Shown here: piece by piece, positions 1 to 9,587 of the stretch
Position numbering within the stretch: the first letter of the stretch is position 1
Layout of the letters: each line of letters begins with the position of its first letter
Assembly: GCF_053078305.1 (NCBI RefSeq)
Contig: NZ_CP166879.1
Length of the DNA stretch: 64,000 nt
Direction: 5' to 3' (one strand)
Program-made: the position numbers and the translations under genes
The notes under the pieces: generated by a model
What the model was told of the DNA's origin: nothing
Databases searched by the model: none
Seen by the model: the letters and a program-made list of their open reading frames with translations, nothing else

Positions 1-251
1 ATATCAGCGAAGTTTCCCGCGTGATGGAAAACCTGCTGCTGGAATCGGCGGATAAACTGCTGCGTTACAAAGGGATGCTGTGGATTGACGGCGAACCTAA
101 CCGCCTGCTGTTCCAGGGCGTCCAGCGCCTCTACAGCGCCGACTGGGACCGCCCGTGGGGCGATGAAAAACCGCATAGCACGATGGTGTTTATCGGGATT
201 CAGTTGCCGGAGGAAGAGATTCGGGCGGCGTTTGCGGGGTTGAGGAAGTAA
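1..251 (+). CDS. yjiA: C-terminal part of a CobW/YjiA-family GTPase; 5' end lies outside the window
   Basis: Reading frame is open from position 3 to the stop at 249-251. The C-terminal sequence (…GEPNRLLFQGVQRLYSADWDRPWGDEKPHSTMVFIGIQLPEEEIRAAF) matches my recollection of E. coli YjiA. Confidence 0.6.
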   Translation, partial: ISEVSRVMENLLLESADKLLRYKGMLWIDGEPNRLLFQGVQRLYSADWDRPWGDEKPHSTMVFIGIQLPEEEIRAAFAGLRK

Positions 252-284
252 TTTTGGATGATGGCCGCCATGTGGCGGCCTGAA

Positions 285-587
285 TTATTTTTTGTTCTGA
301 TCGCGCAGCATCGCTTCACGTAAAATTGCGTTCAGGCGAGTTTGATAGCCTTTACCTGGTCGCTTCAACCATTCCATCACATCAGCATCAATACGCACCG
401 AAGCCTGAGTTTTCAATGGCCGATAAAACTTACCACGTTCGGCGTTAGACCATTGCTCATCGCTGGAAGGTGGGATATCACTGTAATCAATATCTTCGTC
501 GGATTTATTCGCCAGCGCCTTCAGTTCGGCCTCATGCTGCACATCGAGTGTAGAGGGTGCCCCTCGTTTATGTTTAACCATGCTCAT
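285..587 (-). CDS. BrnA-like antitoxin (RHH/DUF4415 type) of a BrnT/BrnA toxin-antitoxin pair
   Basis: About 100 aa from the internal Met (MSMVKHKRG…). The C-terminal motif RIDADVMEWLKRPGKGYQTRLNAILREAM is BrnA-like. The start overlaps the 3' end of the upstream toxin gene, as is usual for TA operons. Confidence 0.6.
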   Translation of the reverse strand: MSMVKHKRGAPSTLDVQHEAELKALANKSDEDIDYSDIPPSSDEQWSNAERGKFYRPLKTQASVRIDADVMEWLKRPGKGYQTRLNAILREAMLRDQNKK

Positions 588-855
588 AGCGACTCCTCTC
601 TTTACGATCTGCTTTTCGTGCACTGATGATTCGAATAATTTCATTTCCGCTTTCGAAACGGATGGTATGCGCAACCAGAATAACCACGATACCGTGAACC
701 AAGCCGATAGTCTGCCAGCGATACTCACCGTTTTCTATGCGATCTTGCTGTGACAAATGTTGTGGATCATCAAACACTAACACCGCATCTTCAAAGCGGA
801 TGCCATGTTTCACCCGATTACTTTTGGCCTTGTTTGCATCCCATTCAAACTCCAT
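574..855 (-). CDS. BrnT-like toxin (DUF497 ribonuclease toxin)
   Basis: 93 aa from MEFEWDANKAKSNRVKHGIRFEDA… with the characteristic RIISARKA motif. It sits upstream of and overlaps the BrnA-like gene. Confidence 0.65.
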   Translation of the reverse strand: MEFEWDANKAKSNRVKHGIRFEDAVLVFDDPQHLSQQDRIENGEYRWQTIGLVHGIVVILVAHTIRFESGNEIIRIISARKADRKERSRYEHG

Positions 856-1057
856 TGGCATAGTTGCCATCCCTAATTGTATATACAAAAATGTATCTAC
901 AATTATTCTGCAATTATAGCGTTGATGTTGGAAATAGCATCACGTTTTGGATAATCAACCATGAAATTGACAATGAGTAAGTTGGACTTGATTCATCCAA
1001 TAGAATTTCTCGCCTGACATGGCACACTAAACACCTCGCTGTCGTTAAGGGATTACC

Positions 1058-2224
1058 GTGAAAAACTATAAAGTTATTACCCCGCTTTTTCCTACCTATG
1101 CACAGGTTAAAGCTATGATGAAAGCCGTCTCAGGCTATTCCCTGAAAGCGGTACGCAATATGATTACCGCCATTCACGAGCAAACCGGTACGCCGCAAAA
1201 ACCCGTTGACTGGTCGGAACCCGACTTGTGGATCAGCGAGCGCTTAACGGGTGAAGATGCCGACATCGCCCGTCGTATTTGGGATACCGATAATCACATA
1301 TTGAACCCGCGCCACAGCTACGGCTGCTACTTATTCCTCAACTATCCCCAGTTTGAGCTGATGGAAAGCACTCCAGATGATACCTGGCAGCCCACCTCGC
1401 GCGGGCAAAAATTCCTGCAAGATGACGAAAAAACGCTGCGTTCACTGGACGACCAGGAAGGAATTCTGCAACTGCTTGAGCTGCTGGCTGGCCGGGAAAT
1501 GTCGCGCCGCGCCGATTTACTGCCGGAATGGCAGGCCTTTTTGCATCAGCATTCCAAATTCGCTTCCGACCGGTCAGCCAAAAGTACGCTCTACTCCCGT
1601 CTCTATAACCTTATCGACCGCGACATGGTTACTCGCGAAGGCATGAGCTATCGCATCACCGATACCGGGCGCGCCTGGCTTGGAAAAGCGTTGCCAGCAC
1701 GAAAAAGCGATCCGCGTAAAGAGCTGCTGGAAGCGGTGAAACGCTACAACGAGCAGCAAAAAGAGCTGCTGCGCGAACAAATCAGCACAATGAACCCGTA
1801 CAAATTTGAACAACTGGTCGGTCAATTACTGGAAGCAATGGGCTACGAGCAGGTCGAAGTGACCAAAGCCTCAGGCGATAAAGGCGTGGACGTGATTGGT
1901 CAGGTGCAGGTCGGCATCACCACTATTACCGAAGTGGTGCAGGTCAAAAGAATGCAGAACACCATCACTCGACCGTATATCGACCAGTTGCGCGGAGCGT
2001 TACCTTACCACAAGGCCATTCGCGGTACGCTTATCACCACCGGGAAATTTGCGGCGAAATGTGCAGAAGCGGCGCTCTTTCCGGGGGCAGCGCCCATTAC
2101 GCTTATCGACGGCGATCGCTTACTGGAACTGTTAATCGAAAATAACGTCGGCATTCGCCGCAGCAATGCAGTGGAATTGCTGGATGTGGATTTGCAGTTG
2201 TTTGATGAGCTGGAGATGGATTAA
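1058..2224 (+). CDS. Mrr-family (type IV, modification-dependent) restriction endonuclease, long form with N-terminal winged-helix region
   Basis: 388-aa ORF with a GTG start. The C-terminal ~150 aa have an Mrr catalytic (PD-(D/E)XK) signature (…GDKGVDVIGQ…EVVQVKR…). It is not the 304-aa K-12 Mrr sequence as I remember it, and it lies 63 bp upstream of hsdM on the same strand. Confidence 0.6.
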   Translation: MKNYKVITPLFPTYAQVKAMMKAVSGYSLKAVRNMITAIHEQTGTPQKPVDWSEPDLWISERLTGEDADIARRIWDTDNHILNPRHSYGCYLFLNYPQFELMESTPDDTWQPTSRGQKFLQDDEKTLRSLDDQEGILQLLELLAGREMSRRADLLPEWQAFLHQHSKFASDRSAKSTLYSRLYNLIDRDMVTREGMSYRITDTGRAWLGKALPARKSDPRKELLEAVKRYNEQQKELLREQISTMNPYKFEQLVGQLLEAMGYEQVEVTKASGDKGVDVIGQVQVGITTITEVVQVKRMQNTITRPYIDQLRGALPYHKAIRGTLITTGKFAAKCAEAALFPGAAPITLIDGDRLLELLIENNVGIRRSNAVELLDVDLQLFDELEMD

Positions 2225-2287
2225 AGGGCGAAATCCGCCGCCTCAACCATTACAATAGCGACCCAATTTATCTGAACAGAGTTCATC

Positions 2288-3903
2288 ATGGCCAAAGCAC
2301 CAACTAAAAAAGCCAAAGCAAAGAAAGGCTTTGAAGAAACATTATGGGATACCGCAAACCAGCTTCGCGGTAGCGTTGAGTCCTCCGAATACAAGCACGT
2401 GGTGTTGAGCCTCGTATTCCTGAAATTCATCAGCGATAAGTTTGAAGCACGCCGCAAAAAAATGATTGCCGATGGGCAAGCAGACTTCCTTGAGATGGAA
2501 GTGTTCTACCAGCAGGACAACATTTTCTACCTGCCGGAAGAGGCGCGCTGGTCGTTTATCAAACAAAATGCCAAACAGGACGATATTGCGGTTCGTATTG
2601 ACACCGCCCTCTCGACCATTGAGAAACGTAACCCAACCCTGAAAGGCGCGCTGCCAGACAACTACTTCAGCCGTCAGAATCTGGAAACCAAAAAACTGGC
2701 GTCACTGATTGATACCATCGACAACATCGAAACGCTGGCACACGAAACTGACGTTGAAACGTTGTCGAAAGAAGACCTGGTCGGACGCGTTTACGAATAC
2801 TTCCTCGGTAAGTTTGCCGCAACCGAAGGCAAAGGCGGTGGAGAGTTCTACACGCCCAAATGTGTGGTCACGCTGTTAACTGAAATGCTCGAACCCTTCC
2901 AGGGCAAAATTTATGACCCGTGCTGCGGCTCGGCAGGGATGTTCGTGCAGTCGGTGAAGTTCGTCGAGAGCCATCAGGGTAAAAGCCGTGATATCGCGCT
3001 GTATGGTCAGGAACTGACACGACGTATAAACTGGCAAAAATGAACCTCGCCATTCGCGGTCTTTCAGCTAACCTCGGCGAACGACCGGCAGACACCTTCT
3101 TTAGCGACCAGCACCCGGACCTGAAAGCCGACTACATTCTGGCGAACCCGCCGTTCAACCTGAAAGACTGGCGTAATGAAGCCGAATTAACCAAAGACCC
3201 ACGTTTTTCCGGTTATCGTATGCCGCCAACCGGTAACGCCAACTACGGCTGGATTTTGCATATGCTCTCCAAGCTGTCGGCTAACGGTACAGCAGGTTTT
3301 GTGCTGGCAAACGGTTCGATGAGTTCTAACACCAGCGGTGAAGGCGAGATCCGTGCACAGATGATCGAAAATGATCTGATCGACTGCATGATTGCTCTGC
3401 CAGGTCAGTTGTTTTACACCACGCAGATCCCGGTGTGTTTATGGTTTATGACCAAATCGAAGGCTGCCGATCCGGCCAAAGGTTATCGTGATCGTCAGGG
3501 CGAGACGCTGTTTATTGATGCGCGTAACCTCGGCACCATGATTAGCCGCACAACTAAAGAATTAACGGCGGAAGATATTGCCACAATCGCCGATACCTAC
3601 CATGCCTGGCGCAGTACGCCAGAAGAACTGGCTGCACGGATTGCGCGTGGTGACAGCAAGCTGGAAAAATATGAAGACCAGGCAGGCTTCTGCAAAGTTG
3701 CGACCCTGCAAGATATTAAAGATAACGACTACGTGCTGACGCCGGGCCGCTATGTGGGTGCAGCCGAGCAGGAAGAAGACGGCGTGGCATTTGAGACCAA
3801 AATGCGTGAATTGTCGAAGACGTTGTTTGAGCAGATGAAGCAGGCGGAAGAACTGGATCGTGCGATTCGCCAGAATCTGGAGGCGCTGGGTTATGGGGAG
3901 TAA
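2288..3903 (+). pseudogene. hsdM: Type I R-M DNA methyltransferase subunit HsdM, interrupted by a frameshift around 3011-3043
   Basis: Two adjacent ORFs (2288-3043 and 3040-3903) carry the N-terminal HsdM region with the AdoMet motif DPCCGSAGMF and the catalytic NPPF motif respectively. The frame changes inside …[20 protein letters not shown]…, consistent with a single-nucleotide indel. This may be a real mutation or a sequencing error. Confidence 0.7.
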
Positions 3904-5293
3904 AATTACACTCGCTGAAATATGTACAGATATTTCATATGGATATACAGCAAGCGCAACTGCGAAACCTGTTGGTCCTAAATTTCTCCGTATAACAGAT
4001 ATACAAGGAGGCAAGGTCAATTGGGAAAATGTACCTTATTGTGAAATAGATGAGAAAGACTCTTTAAAGTATTTATTGCAAGATGGTGATATCGTAATCG
4101 CAAGAACCGGAAACAGTACTGGCGAAAACTTTATATTTAGCTCAAATACAAAAGTAGTATTTGCATCATACCTAATTCGGTTCCGTATTGATCCAAAGAA
4201 AGCAAATCCCAAATTTATTTGGCTTCAAATGAGAACACCTCAATGGTGGAGTTTTATTGATTCCGTAAAAACTGGCTCAGCCCAAGCTGGAGCTAATGCA
4301 AAGGTTTTGGGACTGTATGAGGTTGAATTACCCGAAAGAAAAATTCAAGACCACATTGCTGATATTGGATTTAATTTACTAAAAAAACAGGATATTAACT
4401 CCAAAATAAACCAAACCCTGGAACAAATGTCCCAAACCCTGTTCAAATCCTGGTTTGTGGATTTTGATCCAGTGATTGATAACGCTCTGGATGCAGGAAA
4501 TCCAATCCCGGAAGCCCTGCAAACTCGCACCAAATTGCGTCAAAAAGTACGTAATAGTGCAGATTTTAAACCACTTCCGGCGGAAATCCGCTCGCTTTTC
4601 CCAAGTGAATTTGAAGAAACGGAGTTGGGTTGGGTACCTAAAGGTTGGGATGTCGTAAAAACTGAAGATATTGCTATAAAAATTGGCATGGGGCCGTTTG
4701 GTTCAAATATTAAAGCATCACAATTTGTTAGTAGCGGTATCCCAATCATTAATGGCCAACAACTTAAAGGGCTTATTTTAGAAAAAAATTTTATCAACTA
4801 TATTACTGATGAGCATGCAAATATTCTCAAGAATTCATTAGTATATGAACACGACATTGTGCTAACTCATCGTGGCACACTTGGTCAAGTTTCATTAATA
4901 CCAAAAAGAAAGGGAAATGAAAAATTTGTAATCTCTCAGAGCCAATTCTACTTAAGAGTTGATAGGAAAAAATGTTCACCTTTTTATATGATACATTTTT
5001 TAAAATCTAGAATTGGTCAGGAAGCATTACTCTCCAATGCTTCTCAGGTGGGGGTTCCTTCTATAGCTCGTCCATCAACCCATTTAAAAAAAATAACTTT
5101 CATAAACCCACCATTATCACTGCATAAACTCTTTGACAATGAATTTGAAGTGATACTAGAAAAAATCATGAATTGCAAAGAGCAGTCACTGGCCCTAACC
5201 GCACTCCGCGACACCCTGCTCCCGAAACTCATCTCCGGTGAGCTATCCCTGGAAGATCTTCCGGATCTCACCACCGATACAGAAGCCGCATAA
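3893..5293 (+). CDS. hsdS: Type I R-M specificity subunit HsdS
   Basis: The start ATG at 3893 overlaps the hsdM stop (ATGGGGAGTAA). The two-target-recognition-domain layout is typical of HsdS. The middle of the gene is AT-rich, as expected for variable recognition domains. Confidence 0.7.
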   Translation: MGSKITLAEICTDISYGYTASATAKPVGPKFLRITDIQGGKVNWENVPYCEIDEKDSLKYLLQDGDIVIARTGNSTGENFIFSSNTKVVFASYLIRFRIDPKKANPKFIWLQMRTPQWWSFIDSVKTGSAQAGANAKVLGLYEVELPERKIQDHIADIGFNLLKKQDINSKINQTLEQMSQTLFKSWFVDFDPVIDNALDAGNPIPEALQTRTKLRQKVRNSADFKPLPAEIRSLFPSEFEETELGWVPKGWDVVKTEDIAIKIGMGPFGSNIKASQFVSSGIPIINGQQLKGLILEKNFINYITDEHANILKNSLVYEHDIVLTHRGTLGQVSLIPKRKGNEKFVISQSQFYLRVDRKKCSPFYMIHFLKSRIGQEALLSNASQVGVPSIARPSTHLKKITFINPPLSLHKLFDNEFEVILEKIMNCKEQSLALTALRDTLLPKLISGELSLEDLPDLTTDTEAA

Positions 5294-5387
5294 CGCATTT
5301 TGCCCCTGTAAAATCAGGGGCTTTCTGGTAAGGTTTTCTACTGATACAGGAATGCTTACCAGAAATTAGCCAGGGTTGGAGCGCGAT

Positions 5388-8300
5388 ATGAGTCTCTCTT
5401 TCAGTGAAGCAAAATTAGAACAAGCGATCATTGAACTGCTACAGGATCAGGGATATCAACACCTGATCGGCGATAATGTCCCACGTTCGAGTCTCGATCA
5501 GGTCATTATCGAAGACGATCTCCGTCATTATTTAGCGGCACGCTACCAGCCTGATGGCATTACTGAAGAAGAGATTCAGCGACTGATCAAACAGTTCACC
5601 ACGCTTCCGGCCTCCGACCTTTATGAAAGCAACAAAACATTTTGTCGCTGGCTGGCAAATGGTTTTCTGTTCAAACGCGACGATCGGCAACAAAAAGATC
5701 TCTATATTGAATTGCTCGACACCCGGCATCTACCTGCCGCACTGCGCCAGATATTTGACGCCGAAGATGTCCCGTTGCAACAGGCGGCGGAACTCCCGCC
5801 TTCCTATATGAATCCGCCGCTTAACCGGATTAAGATTGTTAACCAGCTTAAAATCTCCGGCAAAGATAATCAGACTCGTATTCCTGACGGCATTCTCTAT
5901 ATCAATGGTCTGCCATTGGTCGTCTTTGAATTTAAAAGTGCGGTGCGCGAGCAGGAAGCCAGTATTGGCGATGCCTGGAAGCAGCTCTGTAAACGCTATC
6001 GCCGGGATATTCCGCAACTGTTTATCTACAACACGCTCTGCATTATTAGCGATGGCGTAAATAACCGGATGGGCAACCTGTTTGCGCCCTATGAATACTT
6101 TTACTCATGGCGCAAAGTCACCGGTAATGAAAACCGTGAACAGGACGGAATTCCATCATTGCACTCAATGATTCAGGGGCTGTTTCATCCGGTACGTCTG
6201 CTGGATGTGATTAAAAACTTTATCTGCTTCCCGGATAAAGCCAAGCACGAAGTAAAAATTTGCTGCCGATATCCGCAGTACTATGCCGCCCGCAAACTCT
6301 ATTACAGCATCAAGCAAGCGCGTAAACCTTTCGGTAGCGGTAAAGGCGGCACCTACTTTGGCGCAACGGGCTGTGGCAAAAGTTACACCATGCAATTTTT
6401 AACGCGTCTTTTGATGAAGAGCGTGGAGTTTGCCAGCCCGACCATTGTTTTGATCACCGACCGCACCGATCTGGACGATCAGCTTTCTGCGCAAATGTGC
6501 AACGCCAAAAATTACATTGGCGACGACACCATCGTTCCTGTTACCAGCCGTGAAGATTTGCGTAATCAACTGGCGGGACGCAATAGTGGCGGTGTATTCC
6601 TGACAACGATCCATAAATTCACCGAAGACACCGAACTCCTTTCTGAACGCAGCAATATCATTTGCATCTCGGACGAAGCACATCGCAGCCAGGTTAACCT
6701 CGACCAGAAAGTCATCGTCGATAAAGAAAGCGGAAAAGTACGCAAAACGTATGGCTTTGCAAAATACCTGCACGATTCACTGCCAAACGCCACCTATGTT
6801 GGCTTTACCGGCACACCGATTGACGCGACGCTCGATGTCTTCGGTGAGGTGATCGACAGTTACACCATGACCGAATCCGTTCAGGATGAAATCACTGTAC
6901 GCATCGTGTACGAAGGCCGTGCGGCTAAAGTGATCCTGGACTCCAGCAAACTGGAAGAAGTCGAAAAGTATTACGAAGAGTGCGCAAACGCAGGCACCAA
7001 TGAGTGGCAAATCGACGAAAGCAAAAAAGCCACCGCAACCATGAATGCGGTACTGGGTGATGAAGATCGGTTAAAAGCCCTCGCGGAAGATTTTGCCAAA
7101 CATTATGAAAAACGCGTAGCCGAAGGTTCCACCGTAAAAGGCAAAGCCATGTTTGTTTGTGCCAGCCGTGAAATTGCCTGGGATTTCTACCGTCAGCTTA
7201 AAGCTATTCGCCCTGCCTGGTTTGAAGTGAAGCAAGCACCCGATGGCGTCGTCCTGACGGAACAGGAACAAAAAGAGTTACCGCCTTCTGAAATGGTGAA
7301 GATGGTCATGACGCGCGGTAAAGATGACGACGAGGCGCTTTATGATTTACTGGGCACAAAAGAATATCGTAAAGAGCTGGATAAGCAATTCAAAAACGCT
7401 AAATCGAATTTCAAAATTGCCATTGTTGTTGATATGTGGCTGACCGGTTTCGACGTCCCGGAACTGGATACCATCTATATTGATAAACCCTTACAAAAAC
7501 ATAATCTTATCCAGACCATTTCTCGCGTTAACCGTAAACTGGAAGGCAAAAGTAAAGGGTTAGTGGTGGACTACATCGGCATTAAAAGCCAGATGAACCA
7601 GGCACTGGCAATGTATTCCCGCATTGATGCCACCAACTTTGAAGATATTCAGCAATCGGTAATAGAAGTTAAAAACCATCTCGATTTGTTGGGGCAAGTC
7701 TTTTACGAATTTGACAGTCGGGATTATTTTAGTGGTGAGCCACAAGCGCAATTATCCTGCCTCAACCGCGCGGCGGAATTTGTTCTGCGTACCCAGAAAG
7801 TTGAACGTCGTTTTATGGGACTGGTTAAACGCATGAAAGCCGCCTACGACGTCTGCTGCGGCAGCGAAGCATTATCACAGACAGAACGTGACTATATTCA
7901 CTATTATCTTGCTGTTCGTTCAATTGTTTTCAAACTGACGAAAGGTGACGCACCGGATGTTACCCAGATGAATGCACGCGTTCGTGAAATGATTGCAGAA
8001 GCGTTAAAAGCTGATGGCGTAGAAGAAATTTATTTTCTTGGGGATAAAAAAGCGGAATCCATCGATATTTTTGACGAAGATTATCTGGCGCGAATTAACA
8101 AAATCAAACTTCCGGCAACAAAGATCCAGTTATTACAAAAATTACTGGAAAAAGCGATCAGCGACTTCAAGAAAGTGAACCAGTTACAAGGGATTAACTT
8201 CACCCGCCGCTTCCAGGCGATTATAGATCGTTATAATGAGCGGCGAGAAGATGATGTACTCAACGGTGAAGAATTCGATACATTCAGTCAGGAAATGACC

Positions 8301-8651
8301 GATATTATCTATGATATTAAAACCGAAATGGGCACCTGGGCCGATTTAGGTATTGATATTGAAGAAAAAGCGTTTTTCGACATTCTTGCTCATATGCGCG
8401 ATAAATATCAGTTCACCTATGACGATGAAAAAATGCTGTCACTGGCAAAAGAGATGAAAAGCGTGGTTGACAACACATCGAAATATCCTGACTGGAGTAA
8501 ACGCGATGATATTAAAGCGAAACTGAAAGTTGAACTTATTCTGCTTCTACACAAGCATAAGTTCCCGCCAGTAGCGAATGATGATGTTTATATGGGTGTG
8601 CTGGCACAGGCAGAGAATTTTAAAGAACACCATATGAATGCTTTAAATTAA
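5388..8651 (+). CDS. hsdR: Type I R-M restriction subunit HsdR (SF2 helicase/nuclease)
   Basis: About 1087 aa with helicase motifs GATGCGKS (Walker A), DEAH (ICISDEAHRSQ), GFTGTP and LTGFDVP…ISRVNR. The ATG at 5388 has a GGAG ribosome-binding site 6 nt upstream; the ORF list used an upstream TTG. Confidence 0.75.
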   Translation: MSLSFSEAKLEQAIIELLQDQGYQHLIGDNVPRSSLDQVIIEDDLRHYLAARYQPDGITEEEIQRLIKQFTTLPASDLYESNKTFCRWLANGFLFKRDDRQQKDLYIELLDTRHLPAALRQIFDAEDVPLQQAAELPPSYMNPPLNRIKIVNQLKISGKDNQTRIPDGILYINGLPLVVFEFKSAVREQEASIGDAWKQLCKRYRRDIPQLFIYNTLCIISDGVNNRMGNLFAPYEYFYSWRKVTGNENREQDGIPSLHSMIQGLFHPVRLLDVIKNFICFPDKAKHEVKICCRYPQYYAARKLYYSIKQARKPFGSGKGGTYFGATGCGKSYTMQFLTRLLMKSVEFASPTIVLITDRTDLDDQLSAQMCNAKNYIGDDTIVPVTSREDLRNQLAGRNSGGVFLTTIHKFTEDTELLSERSNIICISDEAHRSQVNLDQKVIVDKESGKVRKTYGFAKYLHDSLPNATYVGFTGTPIDATLDVFGEVIDSYTMTESVQDEITVRIVYEGRAAKVILDSSKLEEVEKYYEECANAGTNEWQIDESKKATATMNAVLGDEDRLKALAEDFAKHYEKRVAEGSTVKGKAMFVCASREIAWDFYRQLKAIRPAWFEVKQAPDGVVLTEQEQKELPPSEMVKMVMTRGKDDDEALYDLLGTKEYRKELDKQFKNAKSNFKIAIVVDMWLTGFDVPELDTIYIDKPLQKHNLIQTISRVNRKLEGKSKGLVVDYIGIKSQMNQALAMYSRIDATNFEDIQQSVIEVKNHLDLLGQVFYEFDSRDYFSGEPQAQLSCLNRAAEFVLRTQKVERRFMGLVKRMKAAYDVCCGSEALSQTERDYIHYYLAVRSIVFKLTKGDAPDVTQMNARVREMIAEALKADGVEEIYFLGDKKAESIDIFDEDYLARINKIKLPATKIQLLQKLLEKAISDFKKVNQLQGINFTRRFQAIIDRYNERREDDVLNGEEFDTFSQEMTDIIYDIKTEMGTWADLGIDIEEKAFFDILAHMRDKYQFTYDDEKMLSLAKEMKSVVDNTSKYPDWSKRDDIKAKLKVELILLLHKHKFPPVANDDVYMGVLAQAENFKEHHMNALN

Positions 8652-8658
8652 TTATGAA

Positions 8659-8692
8659 GGCCGGATACACTTTGTTATCCGGCCATTCTGAA
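8659..8692 (+). terminator. Probable intrinsic terminator after hsdR
   Basis: Stem-loop GGCCGGATA…TATCCGGCC starts 8 nt after the hsdR stop and is followed by an A/T-rich tail. Confidence 0.45.
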
Positions 8693-8770
8693 TTAACGTT
8701 AATTTCTCTTCCAGATCTTTCCAGTAACGCTTTTATTATTTTCTATTTTTAGCTGGACTTTCCCTGTATT

Positions 8771-8790
8771 TACTGATGATATATCCAGGT
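8771..8790 (+). promoter_or_regulatory. Candidate LexA (SOS) box upstream of symE
   Basis: TACTGatgatatatcCAGgt fits the CTG-N10-CAG LexA consensus and lies about 80 bp upstream of the symE start. symE is known to be SOS-induced. Confidence 0.45.
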
Positions 8791-8794
8791 ATTT

Positions 8795-8871
8795 AGCGCG
8801 GTGCGGATGTGCGCCAACACACCCGCACCGCTAATCACAATCACTATTTATAGGGAATAGCAGTTATGACT
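8795..8871 (-). ncRNA. symR: Probable SymR antisense sRNA covering the symE ribosome-binding site and start codon (boundaries approximate)
   Basis: On the minus strand inside the 5' end of symE there is a sigma70-like promoter (TTCTGC-N17-TAGAAT) that would start transcription about 3-6 nt inside symE and read antisense across its RBS. This matches the known SymR arrangement. Confidence 0.4.
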
Positions 8872-9204
8872 GATACGCATTCTATTGCACAACCGTTCGA
8901 AGCAGAAGTCTCCCCGGCAAATAACCGTCAATTAACCGTGAGTTATGCGAGCCGCTACCCGGATTACAGCCGTATTCCCGCCATCACCCTGAAAGGTCAG
9001 TGGCTGGAAGCCGCCGGTTTTGCCACTGGCACGGCGGTAGATGTCAAAGTGATGGAAGGCTGTATTGTCCTCACCGCCCAACCACCCGCCATCGAAGAGA
9101 GCGAACTGATGCAGTCGCTGCGAAAGGTGTGCAAGCTATCGGTGCGTAAACAAAAGCAGGTGCAGGAATTTATTGGGGTGATTAGTAGCAAAACGCCACG
9201 CTAA
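8866..9204 (+). CDS. symE: SymE, SOS-induced type I toxin (AbrB-fold)
   Basis: 112-aa [55 protein letters not shown]… that I recognise as SymE (YjiW). Confidence 0.8.
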   Translation: MTDTHSIAQPFEAEVSPANNRQLTVSYASRYPDYSRIPAITLKGQWLEAAGFATGTAVDVKVMEGCIVLTAQPPAIEESELMQSLRKVCKLSVRKQKQVQEFIGVISSKTPR

Positions 9205-9212
9205 GTTTCTCT

Positions 9213-9238
9213 CCCCTTCCCCACACGGGAAGGGGAAT
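9213..9238. terminator. GC-rich hairpin between convergent symE and yjiS (possible bidirectional terminator)
   Basis: CCCCTTCCC-acac-GGGAAGGGG inverted repeat with a 9-bp stem between the two convergent stop codons. The U-tract is weak. Confidence 0.35.
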
Positions 9239-9246
9239 TTCCCCCC

Positions 9247-9411
9247 TCACTCCACATCCTCCCTGCGTAACCCGATATCCCTCAACCGTTCATCACTCAT
9301 CTGCTGTAACACCCGTCGGGCCTGCATTTGCCGCCGCCAACGCCTCACCGCCTGCCAGAGTTGTACAAGTCTGATAAACGGCGTTTTGGCTTTGTTTTCG
9401 TGAAATTCCAT
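9247..9411 (-). CDS. yjiS: DUF1127 small protein YjiS
   Basis: 54-aa minus-strand ORF below the ORF-track cutoff: MEFHENKAKTPFIRLVQLWQAVRRWRRQMQARRVLQQMSDERLRDIGLRREDVE. It matches YjiS as I remember it. Confidence 0.65.
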   Translation of the reverse strand: MEFHENKAKTPFIRLVQLWQAVRRWRRQMQARRVLQQMSDERLRDIGLRREDVE

Positions 9412-9587
9412 CTGCTGCCTCCTCATCTTTCAGAGGCTTCATCATCCGTCTTCTGGCAGTTCACAATACAGATGCAAATATTAGTTTTATTTAACATACA
9501 GACAGGTTAAAACAGCATCTGCATCCGGTTTTTTAGCCTCATCTGTACCGGTTTTTCTCTCTGTATGGTCCAAATAAGGAATACAGC

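Noticed and set aside
5532-7751. Several 60-125-aa ORFs on the minus strand
   Set aside because: All are embedded antisense within hsdR, have no ribosome-binding sites or independent signal, and are treated as spurious.
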